Assembly (NCBI GenBank): GCA_945892985.1
Contig: CAMDDU010000005.1
Coordinates: 83,254 to 147,253, forward strand
Length of the DNA: 64,000 bases
Direction of reading: 5' to 3'
From: Bordetella parapertussis
GTDB lineage: Bacteria; Pseudomonadota; Gammaproteobacteria; Burkholderiales; SG8-39
In this document: positions 27,929 through 36,821 of the stretch, in pieces
Numbering within the stretch: position 1 is the stretch's first letter
How the letters are laid out: each line of letters begins with the position of its first letter
The notes under the pieces: generated by a model
What the model was told of the DNA's origin: nothing
The model's input: only the letters and a program-made list of their open reading frames with translations
Database searches by the model: none
Program-made: the position numbers and the translations under genes

Positions 27929-27938
27929 GCGCCCTGCC

Positions 27939-28481
27939 ATGCGCGTTGCGTTGTTGTTGTTTGCCACGCTGCTCGGCGCGTGCGCGCAGATGCCCGGCCA
28001 ACCGGTAGCCATCGAGGCCAAAGGCGATTTTGAGCTCACCGGCCGCGTGGCTATCAAGAACGCCGGTGAGGGCGCCAGCGGCGCAATCACCTGGCGGCAT
28101 GCCGTCGGGGCCGATGACGTGTTCATCACTTCCCCCATCGGTCAGGGTATCGCACGCATCACCCGTGCCGGAGAGCAGGTAAAACTGGTTACGGCCGATG
28201 GCCAATCGTTTGAGGCGGCTGATGCCGAGATACTTACGGAGCGGGCGCTAGGCTGGCGTTTGCCGCTGAAGGGGCTTCCCGACTGGGTGCAGGCGCGTCC
28301 TGTTGCGGGTGAGGAGGCTGAAACCATCCGTGACGCCGCCGGCCAGCCGAGCGAAATCCGCCAGTCGGGTTGGCGCATCGAGTACCTTGCCTGGCGCGAT
28401 GCACTGCCCTCGCGCCTGACGTTTTTTCGCGACAAGCTGGAAATACGATTGATCGTGGACCGCTGGGTTTTGCCGCCATGA
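27939..28481 (+). CDS. lolB: Outer-membrane lipoprotein insertase LolB
   Basis: Lipobox LLGAC. Size and position immediately upstream of ispE fit, as does the W.L.YL.W motif pattern. Confidence 0.8.
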   Translation: MRVALLLFATLLGACAQMPGQPVAIEAKGDFELTGRVAIKNAGEGASGAITWRHAVGADDVFITSPIGQGIARITRAGEQVKLVTADGQSFEAADAEILTERALGWRLPLKGLPDWVQARPVAGEEAETIRDAAGQPSEIRQSGWRIEYLAWRDALPSRLTFFRDKLEIRLIVDRWVLPP

Positions 28482-29389
28482 GCGAAGATCTGGACGCGCT
28501 ATGGGCGCGGGTGTGGCCGGCGCCGGCGAAATTGAACCTTTTTTTACATGTGGTCGGGCGCCGCGATGACGGCTATCACCTGCTGCAGTCCGCCTTTCGT
28601 CTTGTCGATCTCGTGGATAGTTTGCGCTTCGTCCGGCGGCACGATGACAGGATTGCGATGGCGGTCGCGCTCGAGGGCGTGCCTGAGGCGAGCGACCTGT
28701 GCGTGCGCGCCGCCCGTTTGTTGCAGACTGCGGCTGCTGCGCGTGGCAGCGACGTATGCGGCGTTACCATTCATCTGGACAAGCGCATTCCCATGGGGGG
28801 TGGGCTTGGCGGCGGCAGTTCGGACGCCGCGACCGTGCTGATGGCCCTGAACCGGCTGTGGCGTCTGGGTATGAGCGCCGCGCAATTGCAGGCGCTCGGG
28901 CTCGGGCTTGGCGCGGATGTGCCGTTCTTTTTGTCAGGCGGCAACGCCTTTGCCGAGGGGGTTGGGGAAGTACTTACTCCGCTTACCTTGCCGCCGGCGT
29001 GGTACCTCATCCTGGTGCCGCCAGTGCAGGTGCCGACGGCCACGGTTTTTACCGCGTCAGAATTGACACGAAATACAAAAAGCGTCAAAATATCAAGCTT
29101 TTCCGGCGTATCGTCAGGCGTTTCTTCCCGCGCGGCTGGAGGCAGATTGGGTGTCGATTTCGGCCACAATGACTTGCAGTCCGTGGTGTATGCGAAATAT
29201 GCCGAGGTGGCCCGCTGCCTGGATTGGCTGGCGCGGCATGGTTCGGCGCGTATGAGTGGTTCGGGCGCCTGTGTGTTTGCGCAGTTCGACACGCGCGGTG
29301 AGGCCGACGCGGTGAGCGCGAAGCTCCCGGCGGATATGCGCGGCATGGTGGTAGAAGGATTGCAGCGGCATCCTGTGGATGCCGGTTAG
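28478..29389 (+). CDS. ispE: 4-diphosphocytidyl-2-C-methyl-D-erythritol kinase
   Basis: PAPAKLNLFLHVVGRRDDGYH, the GHMP motif IPMGGGLGGGSSDAA, and MSGSGACVF. ATGA overlap with lolB. Confidence 0.9.
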   Translation: MSEDLDALWARVWPAPAKLNLFLHVVGRRDDGYHLLQSAFRLVDLVDSLRFVRRHDDRIAMAVALEGVPEASDLCVRAARLLQTAAAARGSDVCGVTIHLDKRIPMGGGLGGGSSDAATVLMALNRLWRLGMSAAQLQALGLGLGADVPFFLSGGNAFAEGVGEVLTPLTLPPAWYLILVPPVQVPTATVFTASELTRNTKSVKISSFSGVSSGVSSRAAGGRLGVDFGHNDLQSVVYAKYAEVARCLDWLARHGSARMSGSGACVFAQFDTRGEADAVSAKLPADMRGMVVEGLQRHPVDAG

Positions 29390-29424
29390 TTTCAGTTTCA
29401 TGCGGTTGCGGCACAGGTTACGGA

Positions 29425-29498
29425 TGGGGAGTCGCCAAGCTGGTTAAGGCACCGGATTTTGATTCCGGCATGCGAAGGTTCGAATCCTTCCTCCCCAG
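29425..29498 (+). tRNA. tRNA-Gln (anticodon TTG)
   Basis: It folds by eye. Acceptor TGGGGAG/CTCCCCA, anticodon stem CCGGA/TCCGG with loop TTTTGAT (TTG), T-arm GAAGG-TTCGAAT-CCTTC, discriminator G. CCA is not exactly encoded. Confidence 0.9.
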
Positions 29499-29687
29499 CC
29501 CATTCGTTTTGTGTTGTTCGTGACCAGGCTTGCCAGTGACGGGCGGCACGATGCCCAGTACAGAGGTCAAGATGAAAAAGCGTAGCTGCCACGGTTGTTG
29601 CAAACGCGGCGGCTGGTTTTTGTGATTATCAAACGACAGGGAGCGGCCAACCGTCATGCGCATAACGCGTGGCGGAATGGCGAGGCA

Positions 29688-30638
29688 ATGGCCTACGACA
29701 GCCTGATGGTATTCACGGGGAACGCCAACCCCAAGCTGGCTCAGGAGGTGGTTAAACGCCTCAATATTCCGCTTGGGCAGGCGACGGTCGGCAAATTCTC
29801 CGATGGCGAAGTGATGGTCGAGTTGCGCGAGAACGTGCGCGGACACGACTGCTTCGTGCTGCAACCCACTTGTGCCCCGACCAACGACAACCTGATGGAG
29901 GTGTTGGTCATGGTGGACGCGTTGCGTCGCGCATCGGCCGGCCGCATTACTGCGGCGATTCCCTATTTTGGTTATGCGCGACAGGACCGGCGCCCGCGTT
30001 CGGCGCGCGTTGCAATCAGCGCCAAGGTTGTCGCCAATATGATTCAGGCGGTCGGTGTCGACCGCGTGCTGACCATGGATTTGCATGCCGACCAGATACA
30101 GGGATTTTTTGATGTCCCGGTAGACAATATTTACGCCACGCCCATCCTGCTTGGTGACGTGTGGAAGCATAATTACGAGAACCTGATCGTGGTGTCGCCT
30201 GATGTGGGCGGTGTTGTGCGCGCGCGGGCCCTGGCCAAGCGCCTCGAATCGGATCTGGCGATCATCGACAAGCGGCGCCCCAAGGCCAATGTGTCCGAAG
30301 TGATGAATATTATCGGGGACGTCGACGGCCGCACCTGCGTCATCATGGACGACATGGTGGACACGGCCGGCACGCTGACCAAGGCGGCCGAGGCGCTCAA
30401 GGCGCAGGGCGCGATTCGCGTGCTCGCCTATTGCACGCACCCCGTGCTGTCGGGCGGGGCGGTGGCGCGCATCGAGGATTCGGCGCTCGATGAGTTGGTT
30501 GTGACCAACAGCATTCCGCTGAGCCCCGAGGCGGCGGCGAGCAAGAAGATACGCGTGCTGTCGGTGGCCGGCCTGCTGGCTGAAACAATTTTGCGTATCA
30601 GCAACGAAGATTCGGTGTCGTCGTTGTTCATGGAATAA
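29688..30638 (+). CDS. prs: Ribose-phosphate pyrophosphokinase
   Basis: [12 protein letters not shown] start, [21 protein letters not shown], and the PRPP loop [11 protein letters not shown]. Confidence 0.95.
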   Translation: MAYDSLMVFTGNANPKLAQEVVKRLNIPLGQATVGKFSDGEVMVELRENVRGHDCFVLQPTCAPTNDNLMEVLVMVDALRRASAGRITAAIPYFGYARQDRRPRSARVAISAKVVANMIQAVGVDRVLTMDLHADQIQGFFDVPVDNIYATPILLGDVWKHNYENLIVVSPDVGGVVRARALAKRLESDLAIIDKRRPKANVSEVMNIIGDVDGRTCVIMDDMVDTAGTLTKAAEALKAQGAIRVLAYCTHPVLSGGAVARIEDSALDELVVTNSIPLSPEAAASKKIRVLSVAGLLAETILRISNEDSVSSLFME

Positions 30639-30770
30639 GAAATTCTTTCCGGCTGCGTTACGAAGCGGCCGGAAGGTGATGGTGGTTTCAGCGTTTTTCC
30701 GCATTTTGCGGCGGGACGTTTTTTAACGGCGGTGCCTGGTCGCGGGCCAGCCATATTCAGGAGTAATGTC

Positions 30771-31457
30771 ATGCAAATCGAAGTTATCGCGCGCAAGCGC
30801 ACGGCGCAAGGGACGGGTGCGAGCCGCCGTCTGCGCACCTCGGGTTTTGTTCCCGGTGTGATTTATGGCGGCAAGGATGAGCCCGTCGCCATCGAAGTCG
30901 AGCACGAGAAGGTCTGGCACCAGTTGCGCAAGGAGGCTTTCCACGCCTCCATCCTCAGCCTTGACATCGATGGCAAAAAGCAGCAGGTTCTGCTGCGCGC
31001 GGTCAACATGCACCCCTTCCGGGCGCAGGTGCAACACCTGGATTTCCAGCGCGTTGTGGCGGACCAGAAGATTCACATGAAGGTGCCACTGCACTTCACC
31101 AGCGCTGACGAGTCGCCCGCGGTAAAGCTCTCTTCGGCCTTGATCAGCCATATCATGAACGAGGTCGACATCCGCTGCCTGCCCGCCGACCTGCCCGAAT
31201 TCGTTCTGGTCGACTTGTCGCAGATCACCGTCGGCCATTCCATCCATGCGCGCGACCTCGTGATGCCCAAGGGCGTCGAGATAGTGCTCAAGGGCAAGGA
31301 AAATCCGGCGGTTGTCACCGCGCAAGTGCCGCGCGTTGTCGAGGAGGTTGCTGACAGCACGGCACCCTCCGCAGCTGACGTGCCCGCCAGCAAGCAGGCC
31401 GAGCCTGCCAAGGGCGATGCGGCGAAGAAGGATGAGAAAAAGGGCGACAAGAAGTAA
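30771..31457 (+). CDS. rplY: 50S ribosomal protein L25 / general stress protein Ctc form
   Basis: RKRTAQGTGASRRLR..G.VPGVIYGG, with a long C-terminal domain and a Lys/Asp-rich tail. Confidence 0.9.
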   Translation: MQIEVIARKRTAQGTGASRRLRTSGFVPGVIYGGKDEPVAIEVEHEKVWHQLRKEAFHASILSLDIDGKKQQVLLRAVNMHPFRAQVQHLDFQRVVADQKIHMKVPLHFTSADESPAVKLSSALISHIMNEVDIRCLPADLPEFVLVDLSQITVGHSIHARDLVMPKGVEIVLKGKENPAVVTAQVPRVVEEVADSTAPSAADVPASKQAEPAKGDAAKKDEKKGDKK

Positions 31458-31477
31458 TCCCGTTCCCTTGCCACGGC

Positions 31478-31505
31478 AAAAAGGGCGGGCTATCCGCCCT
31501 TTTTG
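31478..31505 (+). terminator. Rho-independent terminator/attenuator after rplY
   Basis: aaaaaGGGCGGgctatCCGCCCtttttg. Confidence 0.6.
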
Positions 31506-31526
31506 CTATCTGTTACCCAGGCCATC

Positions 31527-32180
31527 ATGTCCAATCCCATCAGGCTCATCGTCGGTCTAGGCAATCCGGGGCGCGAGCACGAGCGCGACCGGCACAATGC
31601 CGGTTTCTGGCTGCTTGACCGCCTCGCCGGCTTGCACCGCGTGGAGCTGAAAAAAGAGTCAAAGTTTCAGGCAAAGGTCGCGCGTTTTGCCACGCCCGGG
31701 GGCGATGCCTGGCTGTTGCAGCCGCAAACCTACATGAACCTGTCCGGTGCCGCCGTGTCCGCGCTGGCCGCTTTTTACAAGATCACGCCCGACCAGGTGC
31801 TGGTCGCGCACGATGAGCTCGATTTGCCCGCCGGCGGCGTCAAGCTCAAGCTGGGCGGCGGTCATGCCGGTCATAATGGCTTGCGCGATATTGCGGCGCG
31901 GTTTTCCACACCTGAGTTCTGGCGCTTGCGTATCGGGATCGGCCATCCGCGCGATAGCGCGCGTTCTGAACAGGACGTGGCGGATTTTGTGCTGCAGCCG
32001 CCGCGCAAGGAAGAGCAGGCCTTGATCGATGACGTGATGGAGCGCAGCCTTGCGATCATGGACTTGATGTTTGCCGGGGAAGTTGAGCAGGCCATGCACA
32101 AGCTGCACAGTAAGCCCAAGGCACCCAAGCCGCCCAAGCCGATGCCTCCGGTGCCACCGAAGCAGCCAATCGACGAATAG
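31527..32180 (+). CDS. pth: Peptidyl-tRNA hydrolase with a Pro/Lys-rich C-terminal tail
   Basis: LIVGLGNPG..Y..TRHNAG-type N-terminus (RLIVGLGNPGREHERDRHNAGFW), HDELDL, GHNGLRDI. Confidence 0.9.
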   Translation: MSNPIRLIVGLGNPGREHERDRHNAGFWLLDRLAGLHRVELKKESKFQAKVARFATPGGDAWLLQPQTYMNLSGAAVSALAAFYKITPDQVLVAHDELDLPAGGVKLKLGGGHAGHNGLRDIAARFSTPEFWRLRIGIGHPRDSARSEQDVADFVLQPPRKEEQALIDDVMERSLAIMDLMFAGEVEQAMHKLHSKPKAPKPPKPMPPVPPKQPIDE

Positions 32181-32287
32181 ACGAATAGACGAATAGAGCA
32201 ACAGAAGCATTAGAAAAATGCAGCGGACGGGTGGAATCATTCCTCCGTTTTCATGTTCAGAACCAGCTCAGCAAAAGGTTTTAAGCC

Positions 32288-33382
32288 ATGTCTCTCAAGT
32301 GCGGAATCGTCGGTCTCCCCAATGTGGGTAAATCCACTTTGTTCAACGCCCTGACCAAGGCCGGCATTGCGGCGGAGAACTATCCGTTCTGCACTATCGA
32401 ACCCAACGTCGGCATTGTCGAGGTGCCCGATGCGCGACTGGGGCAACTTGCCGCGCTGGTAAAGCCGGAGAGGACGCTGCCGGCGGTGGTGGAGTTTGTC
32501 GATATCGCCGGCCTGGTTGCGGGCGCATCCAAGGGTGAGGGGCTGGGCAACAAATTCCTCGCCAATATCCGCGAAACCGATGCCATCGCCCACGTCGTGC
32601 GCTGCTTCGAAGACGCCAACGTGGTCCATGTTGCCGGCAAGGTGGATCCGATATCGGATATCGAGACGATCAATACCGAGCTCGCGCTGGCCGACCTGGC
32701 CATGGTCGAGAAGGCGCTGGCCAAAAACATCAAGCTGTCCAAGAGCGGCACCGACAAGGAAGCGGTGCGGCAGGTGGCGGTGCTGGAAAAGCTGGTGGCG
32801 GTGCTGGACCAAGGCAAGCCGGTACGCACCCTGGACCTGTCCAAGGACGAACTCGAGATGGTGAAGCCGATGTTCCTACTCACCATGAAACCGACCATGT
32901 ATGTGGCCAACGTCAGTGAGCATGGATTCGCCGACAACCCGCTGCTTGCAAAGGTCGAGGATTACGCCAAAAAGGAAGGCGCACCGGTGGTGGCCATCAG
33001 CGCGGCGATCGAATCGCAAATCTCCGACTTGTCCGACGAGGACAAGAAAATGTTCCTTGATGACATGGGCATGCAAGAGCCCGGCCTGAACCGCGTCATA
33101 CGCGTCGGCTATAAGCTCCTTGGCTTGCAGACCTATTTCACTGCCGGTGTTAAGGAGGTGCGCGCCTGGACCATCCACGCCGGCGATACCGCGCCCCAGG
33201 CGGCCGGCGTCATACACACCGATTTTGAGCACGGTTTCATCCGCGCCGAAGTGATCGGATTTGACGATTTCATCGCGGGCAAGGGCGAGCAGGGCGCCAA
33301 AGAGGCAGGCAAGATGAAGCGCGAAGGCAAGGAGTACATCGTCAAGGATGGCGATGTCATGCACTTTTTGTTTAACGTCTGA
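32288..33382 (+). CDS. ychF: Redox-regulated ATPase YchF
   Basis: [34 protein letters not shown], and the C-terminal TGS-like domain ending in FLFNV. Confidence 0.95.
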   Translation: MSLKCGIVGLPNVGKSTLFNALTKAGIAAENYPFCTIEPNVGIVEVPDARLGQLAALVKPERTLPAVVEFVDIAGLVAGASKGEGLGNKFLANIRETDAIAHVVRCFEDANVVHVAGKVDPISDIETINTELALADLAMVEKALAKNIKLSKSGTDKEAVRQVAVLEKLVAVLDQGKPVRTLDLSKDELEMVKPMFLLTMKPTMYVANVSEHGFADNPLLAKVEDYAKKEGAPVVAISAAIESQISDLSDEDKKMFLDDMGMQEPGLNRVIRVGYKLLGLQTYFTAGVKEVRAWTIHAGDTAPQAAGVIHTDFEHGFIRAEVIGFDDFIAGKGEQGAKEAGKMKREGKEYIVKDGDVMHFLFNV

Positions 33383-33807
33383 GCAAAATTCCGGACTTCA
33401 CAGGCATCGTCTGGAAGCCACTGGAAACATAACTACACGTAAATAAGCCAGTTATTGTTCCATAGGGCCCCGCGCTCTGTCCTGCAATCAGTGGTCCCCG
33501 CAGCTTTTTCCGGGCATTGCCACCACGCATTCGACGGATTGGCTCAAGGGGTCCATGCGGCCGGCACCACGACAGTTTGAGTTGCAGACTCTTTGGCTCC
33601 TTTGATGTGCGGACCGGGCGCAGCTGGCCGTTGTTGCATTCAGTGCCGGGAGGGTCCAGCGTGAAGCGGATGATCGCGTCGCCAACGGTTGCGCAGAAGC
33701 CGTCCGCGTCCTTCTCGATTGTTGATGATCTCTATGTCGGCAGCTTAGACAAGAACCAACTCGGGCCGCCGGGAATAGCGCAGTACGAGACCGCGGGAAA
33801 GATATTG

Positions 33808-34296
33808 TCAGGCCTTCACGCTGCTCAAGCGCAGCATGAGCGTCATCGGATGCGTCGACGAGGGCTGAAACCCGTAGTGTTCGTAAAACTGCTTGGCCTT
33901 CTCGTGAAGGGCATGCACGAGAAGGGCTCTTACGCCCGCGTTCTGCGATACGGCCACCGCGCGATTGACCGCGTCCTGCAGCAAGGCGGCGCCCAAGTGC
34001 AATCCCTGCGCCCCGCGATCGACCGCAAGCCGGGCGAGAACCATGACAGGAACCGGATCAGGCATGTTGCGTCGCACGCCGCTCGTTGCGAGGTGGTGCG
34101 AAACGGCGCCGGCCGCCATGGCGTAGTAACCGTGGACGCGGCCGCCCTCGTCGATGACGACGAAGGTGCGGCTTGCACCACTTGACTGGTTGGACAATGC
34201 CCGACGCTTAAACCATTCATCGAGCACGACCTCGCCGCACTCGAAGTCATCCAGTCGATGTGAAGCCACCAAGGGCTCCGGCAGATCGAGTTGCAA
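33808..34296 (-). CDS. GNAT-family acetyltransferase toxin (TacT/AtaT/KacT type)
   Basis: H....FECGE..LDEWFKRRAL N-terminal signature, RLAVDRGAQGLHLGAALL acetyl-CoA loop, and FYEHYGF. TTG start 2 nt after the antitoxin stop. Confidence 0.8.
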   Translation of the reverse strand: MQLDLPEPLVASHRLDDFECGEVVLDEWFKRRALSNQSSGASRTFVVIDEGGRVHGYYAMAAGAVSHHLATSGVRRNMPDPVPVMVLARLAVDRGAQGLHLGAALLQDAVNRAVAVSQNAGVRALLVHALHEKAKQFYEHYGFQPSSTHPMTLMLRLSSVKA

Positions 34297-34298
34297 GC

Positions 34299-34577
34299 TC
34301 AGGCCTTCGCGGACTTTCTGCCCCAGGGGGCCTTGACCGCCATGAGGCGCTCAAGCCCCGGATTGCGCGCGGGCGGCGCGTCGAGCAGCTTGGTGAACTG
34401 CCGGAACTTCTCGGCATCCAATTTGAAAAATACCTGATCGAGTAATACCGACTGAGCCTTGTCGCAGGCGGCTTCGAGCATGAAGTCGGAGCGGTTCTTG
34501 CCGAGCAGCTGCGCAGCCTGATCGATCAGCTCCCGCTGCTCGGGACGTGCCCGCAGGTTGATGGCGGCATCGCGCAT
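34299..34577 (-). CDS. DUF1778 (TacA-type, RHH) antitoxin
   Basis: The ATG at 34577 follows AGGAGA. INLRARPEQRELIDQAAQLLGKNRSDFMLEAA is the DUF1778 signature. The longer ORF to 34664 was trimmed. Confidence 0.8.
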   Translation of the reverse strand: MRDAAINLRARPEQRELIDQAAQLLGKNRSDFMLEAACDKAQSVLLDQVFFKLDAEKFRQFTKLLDAPPARNPGLERLMAVKAPWGRKSAKA

Positions 34578-34873
34578 GGGTTTCTCCTGGTTCGTACACA
34601 CAACAGATATACGCATCTTACGGTGACGTATAGCAGTTGTCAACACACTACGGGTCACGGACAAAAGCGTCGTCCCAAAGCGCGATTGCCCGGCATGGTG
34701 GGGTAGATGTTGAACTGATGGTTAATCACCGCACAGTTGCGCAACCGACGCTCTTCATAAACCGAAAGGCCATCCTTCTGCAGGATGGCCCGGACTATTC
34801 CGGGTTGAAATGCGTGACCCATACTGGCGCGAAGAAGCTAGGGTTTGTCGAGTCCATGGGCAACGCTTATGCC

Positions 34874-35308
34874 TCATATAAACTTGTTGTTCTGACTACG
34901 CGCAGGGCTAGTGAAATCACCTATCAGCAGGCCAGGACAATCTGGTTTTAAACGGCTTATGCAGCCGCGGACACTGTGCCCCTGCCGGCACAAGTCTGAG
35001 CCGGTTTTAAGACGCTCCGGCAGCGGCGGGCAAGGAAGCGCCGCCTCATTGACCGGGCCTGGGGCGAAGTCAAAGCCGGCAAAGTCTCCGTCGGCGAGCC
35101 GCCCGAGGTCAACGAGCCAGGGTACCCTCATGAAAGCGAGTTTTTCCAGCACCCTTGGTATTTCGCCGGCTCCAGGGATGCGGAAATCAAGGAGCAAGCG
35201 CCCGAGCCCGGGCCTTGCGTTGCTTGCCAAACCCGACGGCTTATAATCGACCGGGTAATACCCCATGAAGCCGGGTTTAAACTTTGGGAAAAATGAGATT
35301 CGAAGCAC
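34874..35308 (-). CDS. Hypothetical protein (144 aa), no family recognised
   Basis: Longest ORF in the lower-GC islet. No motif was recognised and the start is uncertain. Confidence 0.3.
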   Translation of the reverse strand: MLRISFFPKFKPGFMGYYPVDYKPSGLASNARPGLGRLLLDFRIPGAGEIPRVLEKLAFMRVPWLVDLGRLADGDFAGFDFAPGPVNEAALPCPPLPERLKTGSDLCRQGHSVRGCISRLKPDCPGLLIGDFTSPARSQNNKFI

Positions 35309-35366
35309 CTAAAGCATGTATCTACATCGCCCTCCATTCATTCTTTCTGTGTCTGCCTGAATTGCT

Positions 35367-35795
35367 ATGGTGATGAGACTACGCCGGATTTCAGGCCTGT
35401 GCCTGGCGGTTTTTGCTGCGGCTGTGAGCGTTGCGTGCATATCGGTGCCCCAATCGAGTGAGCAATGGCTCTCCGGTCGTCATATCGGTACGGTGATCGA
35501 TGCGGTCTCCGGCAAACCTGTCGCGGGTGCGCGGGTTCGTCTGAGCAACTTTCCGGAGCAGGGTGCGACGACCGATGTCGCCGGAAGATTTGCGCTCGGC
35601 CCCGTCATTGACAGCCGCGGCAGGACGCGTAATTTTTTCACCAGCGTGGATGCTGCAGCCTGCGTCGATCGTGTCGAGGTCGCCGGCGCAGGTTACACGC
35701 CGGTGACGCTGGATAAGGGCGACAATAAAAAATTCAAGGCCGCATGCCAGAATGCGGTGTTCGAGTATCAGGTGTTCCTGAATCCCGTGAAATAA
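35367..35795 (+). CDS. Small lipoprotein with a carboxypeptidase-regulatory-like (CarboxypepD_reg) beta-sandwich domain
   Basis: Signal peptide with AVSVAC. GTVIDAVSGKPVAGARVRL...TTDVAGRFAL is the typical CarboxypepD_reg pattern. Confidence 0.55.
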   Translation: MVMRLRRISGLCLAVFAAAVSVACISVPQSSEQWLSGRHIGTVIDAVSGKPVAGARVRLSNFPEQGATTDVAGRFALGPVIDSRGRTRNFFTSVDAAACVDRVEVAGAGYTPVTLDKGDNKKFKAACQNAVFEYQVFLNPVK

Positions 35796-35825
35796 AAAAG
35801 CGGATCAACCCGCAGGAGGAAAAAA

Positions 35826-36806
35826 ATGAACCAGTCATCCCCTAGCCGCCGACGTGTGCTGATCGCAGGTGCTTGCGCCGCCGCGCTCGCGCCGTTTTCA
35901 CTGCGCGCCCAGGAATATCCGACCAAGGTCATCCGTATCGTCAACGGCTTTGCCGCAGGCGGCAGTTCCGACATTGTTGCGCGGCTGATCGCGCAAAAAC
36001 TGTCCGAATCGCTCAAGCAGCAGGTGATTGTTGAAACGCGCACGGGCGCGGGAGGCATGATCGCCAATGAATACGTGGCGAAGGCGGCGCCCGATGGCTA
36101 CACGATGATCGTGATTACCGGCGGTTACCCGGCGCAGTCGGCCATGCTCAAAAAACTGCCCTACGACCCGGTGCGGGACTTTGCCATGATTTCGCCGCTC
36201 ACTTTTTATCCTTTTGTCGTCAGCGTCACACCCGCTTCGCCGTTCAAGTCCATCGAGGAGCTGATCGCCTACGCCAAGGCCAATCCCGGAAAGCTCAATT
36301 ACGCCACTGCCGGGATCGGCACGCTACACCACCTTTCCACCGAATTATTCAATGTGATGGCCGGCGTTGAAATGACGCATGTCCCGTTCAAGGGGGGAAC
36401 CACGGCGGTGACCGAATTGATGGCGGGCCGTGTCGATGTCATGTTCGAGACGATGACGCTGACGGTTACGCAGGTTCAGGCCGGCAAGCTGCGCCCGCTT
36501 GCGGTTACTTCCGCCGCACGCGTGGCGGCGCTGCCGGGTGTGCCGGCGCTCGCCGATATACTGCCCGGTTACGAGGTCAGTTCCTTCCTCGGCCTGGCGA
36601 CGACTGCGGGCACCCCACCGGCGATTGTCGACAGGCTTAACCGCGAAGTGCGGCTTGCCCTCGACCAGCCTGATATCCGCAAGAGACTTCAGGATCTGGG
36701 CGGGGAGGCGCGGGCCAGCAGTTCGGAGGAGATGCGCCAGTACATCGAACGGGAAATCAGCAAGTGGAAGCGCGTCGTGGATGCGCGAAAAATAGAACAG
36801 CAGTAG
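35826..36806 (+). CDS. Bug family (TctC-like) substrate-binding protein (third copy)
   Basis: RBS GGAGGA. A Tat/Sec-like signal is followed by YPTKVIRIVNGFAAGGSSDIVAR and VIVETRTGAGG. Confidence 0.9.
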   Translation: MNQSSPSRRRVLIAGACAAALAPFSLRAQEYPTKVIRIVNGFAAGGSSDIVARLIAQKLSESLKQQVIVETRTGAGGMIANEYVAKAAPDGYTMIVITGGYPAQSAMLKKLPYDPVRDFAMISPLTFYPFVVSVTPASPFKSIEELIAYAKANPGKLNYATAGIGTLHHLSTELFNVMAGVEMTHVPFKGGTTAVTELMAGRVDVMFETMTLTVTQVQAGKLRPLAVTSAARVAALPGVPALADILPGYEVSSFLGLATTAGTPPAIVDRLNREVRLALDQPDIRKRLQDLGGEARASSSEEMRQYIEREISKWKRVVDARKIEQQ

Positions 36807-36821
36807 CCCCGCCGGTAAGCG

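Noticed and set aside
29040-29160. Apparent A/T-rich insertion in ispE (ELTRNTKSVKISSFSGVSSGVSS...)
   Set aside because: The segment lies in a region that, as far as I recall, is variable and present in other betaproteobacterial IspE proteins. The flanking motifs stay colinear. Without an alignment I cannot support an insertion claim.
29418-30704. 428-aa ORF antisense to prs that also runs through tRNA-Gln
   Set aside because: It overlaps a clear tRNA and the prs frame, and has no motifs.
33517-34185. 222-aa plus-strand ORF across the GNAT toxin region
   Set aside because: It is antisense to a toxin ORF with clear GNAT/TacT motifs, and nothing was recognised in its own translation.
33383-35825. 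Prophage or integrative element at the ychF islet
   Set aside because: No integrase, recombinase, transposase, phage structural gene, flanking tRNA or direct-repeat att sites were seen. It is only describable as a small lower-GC islet.
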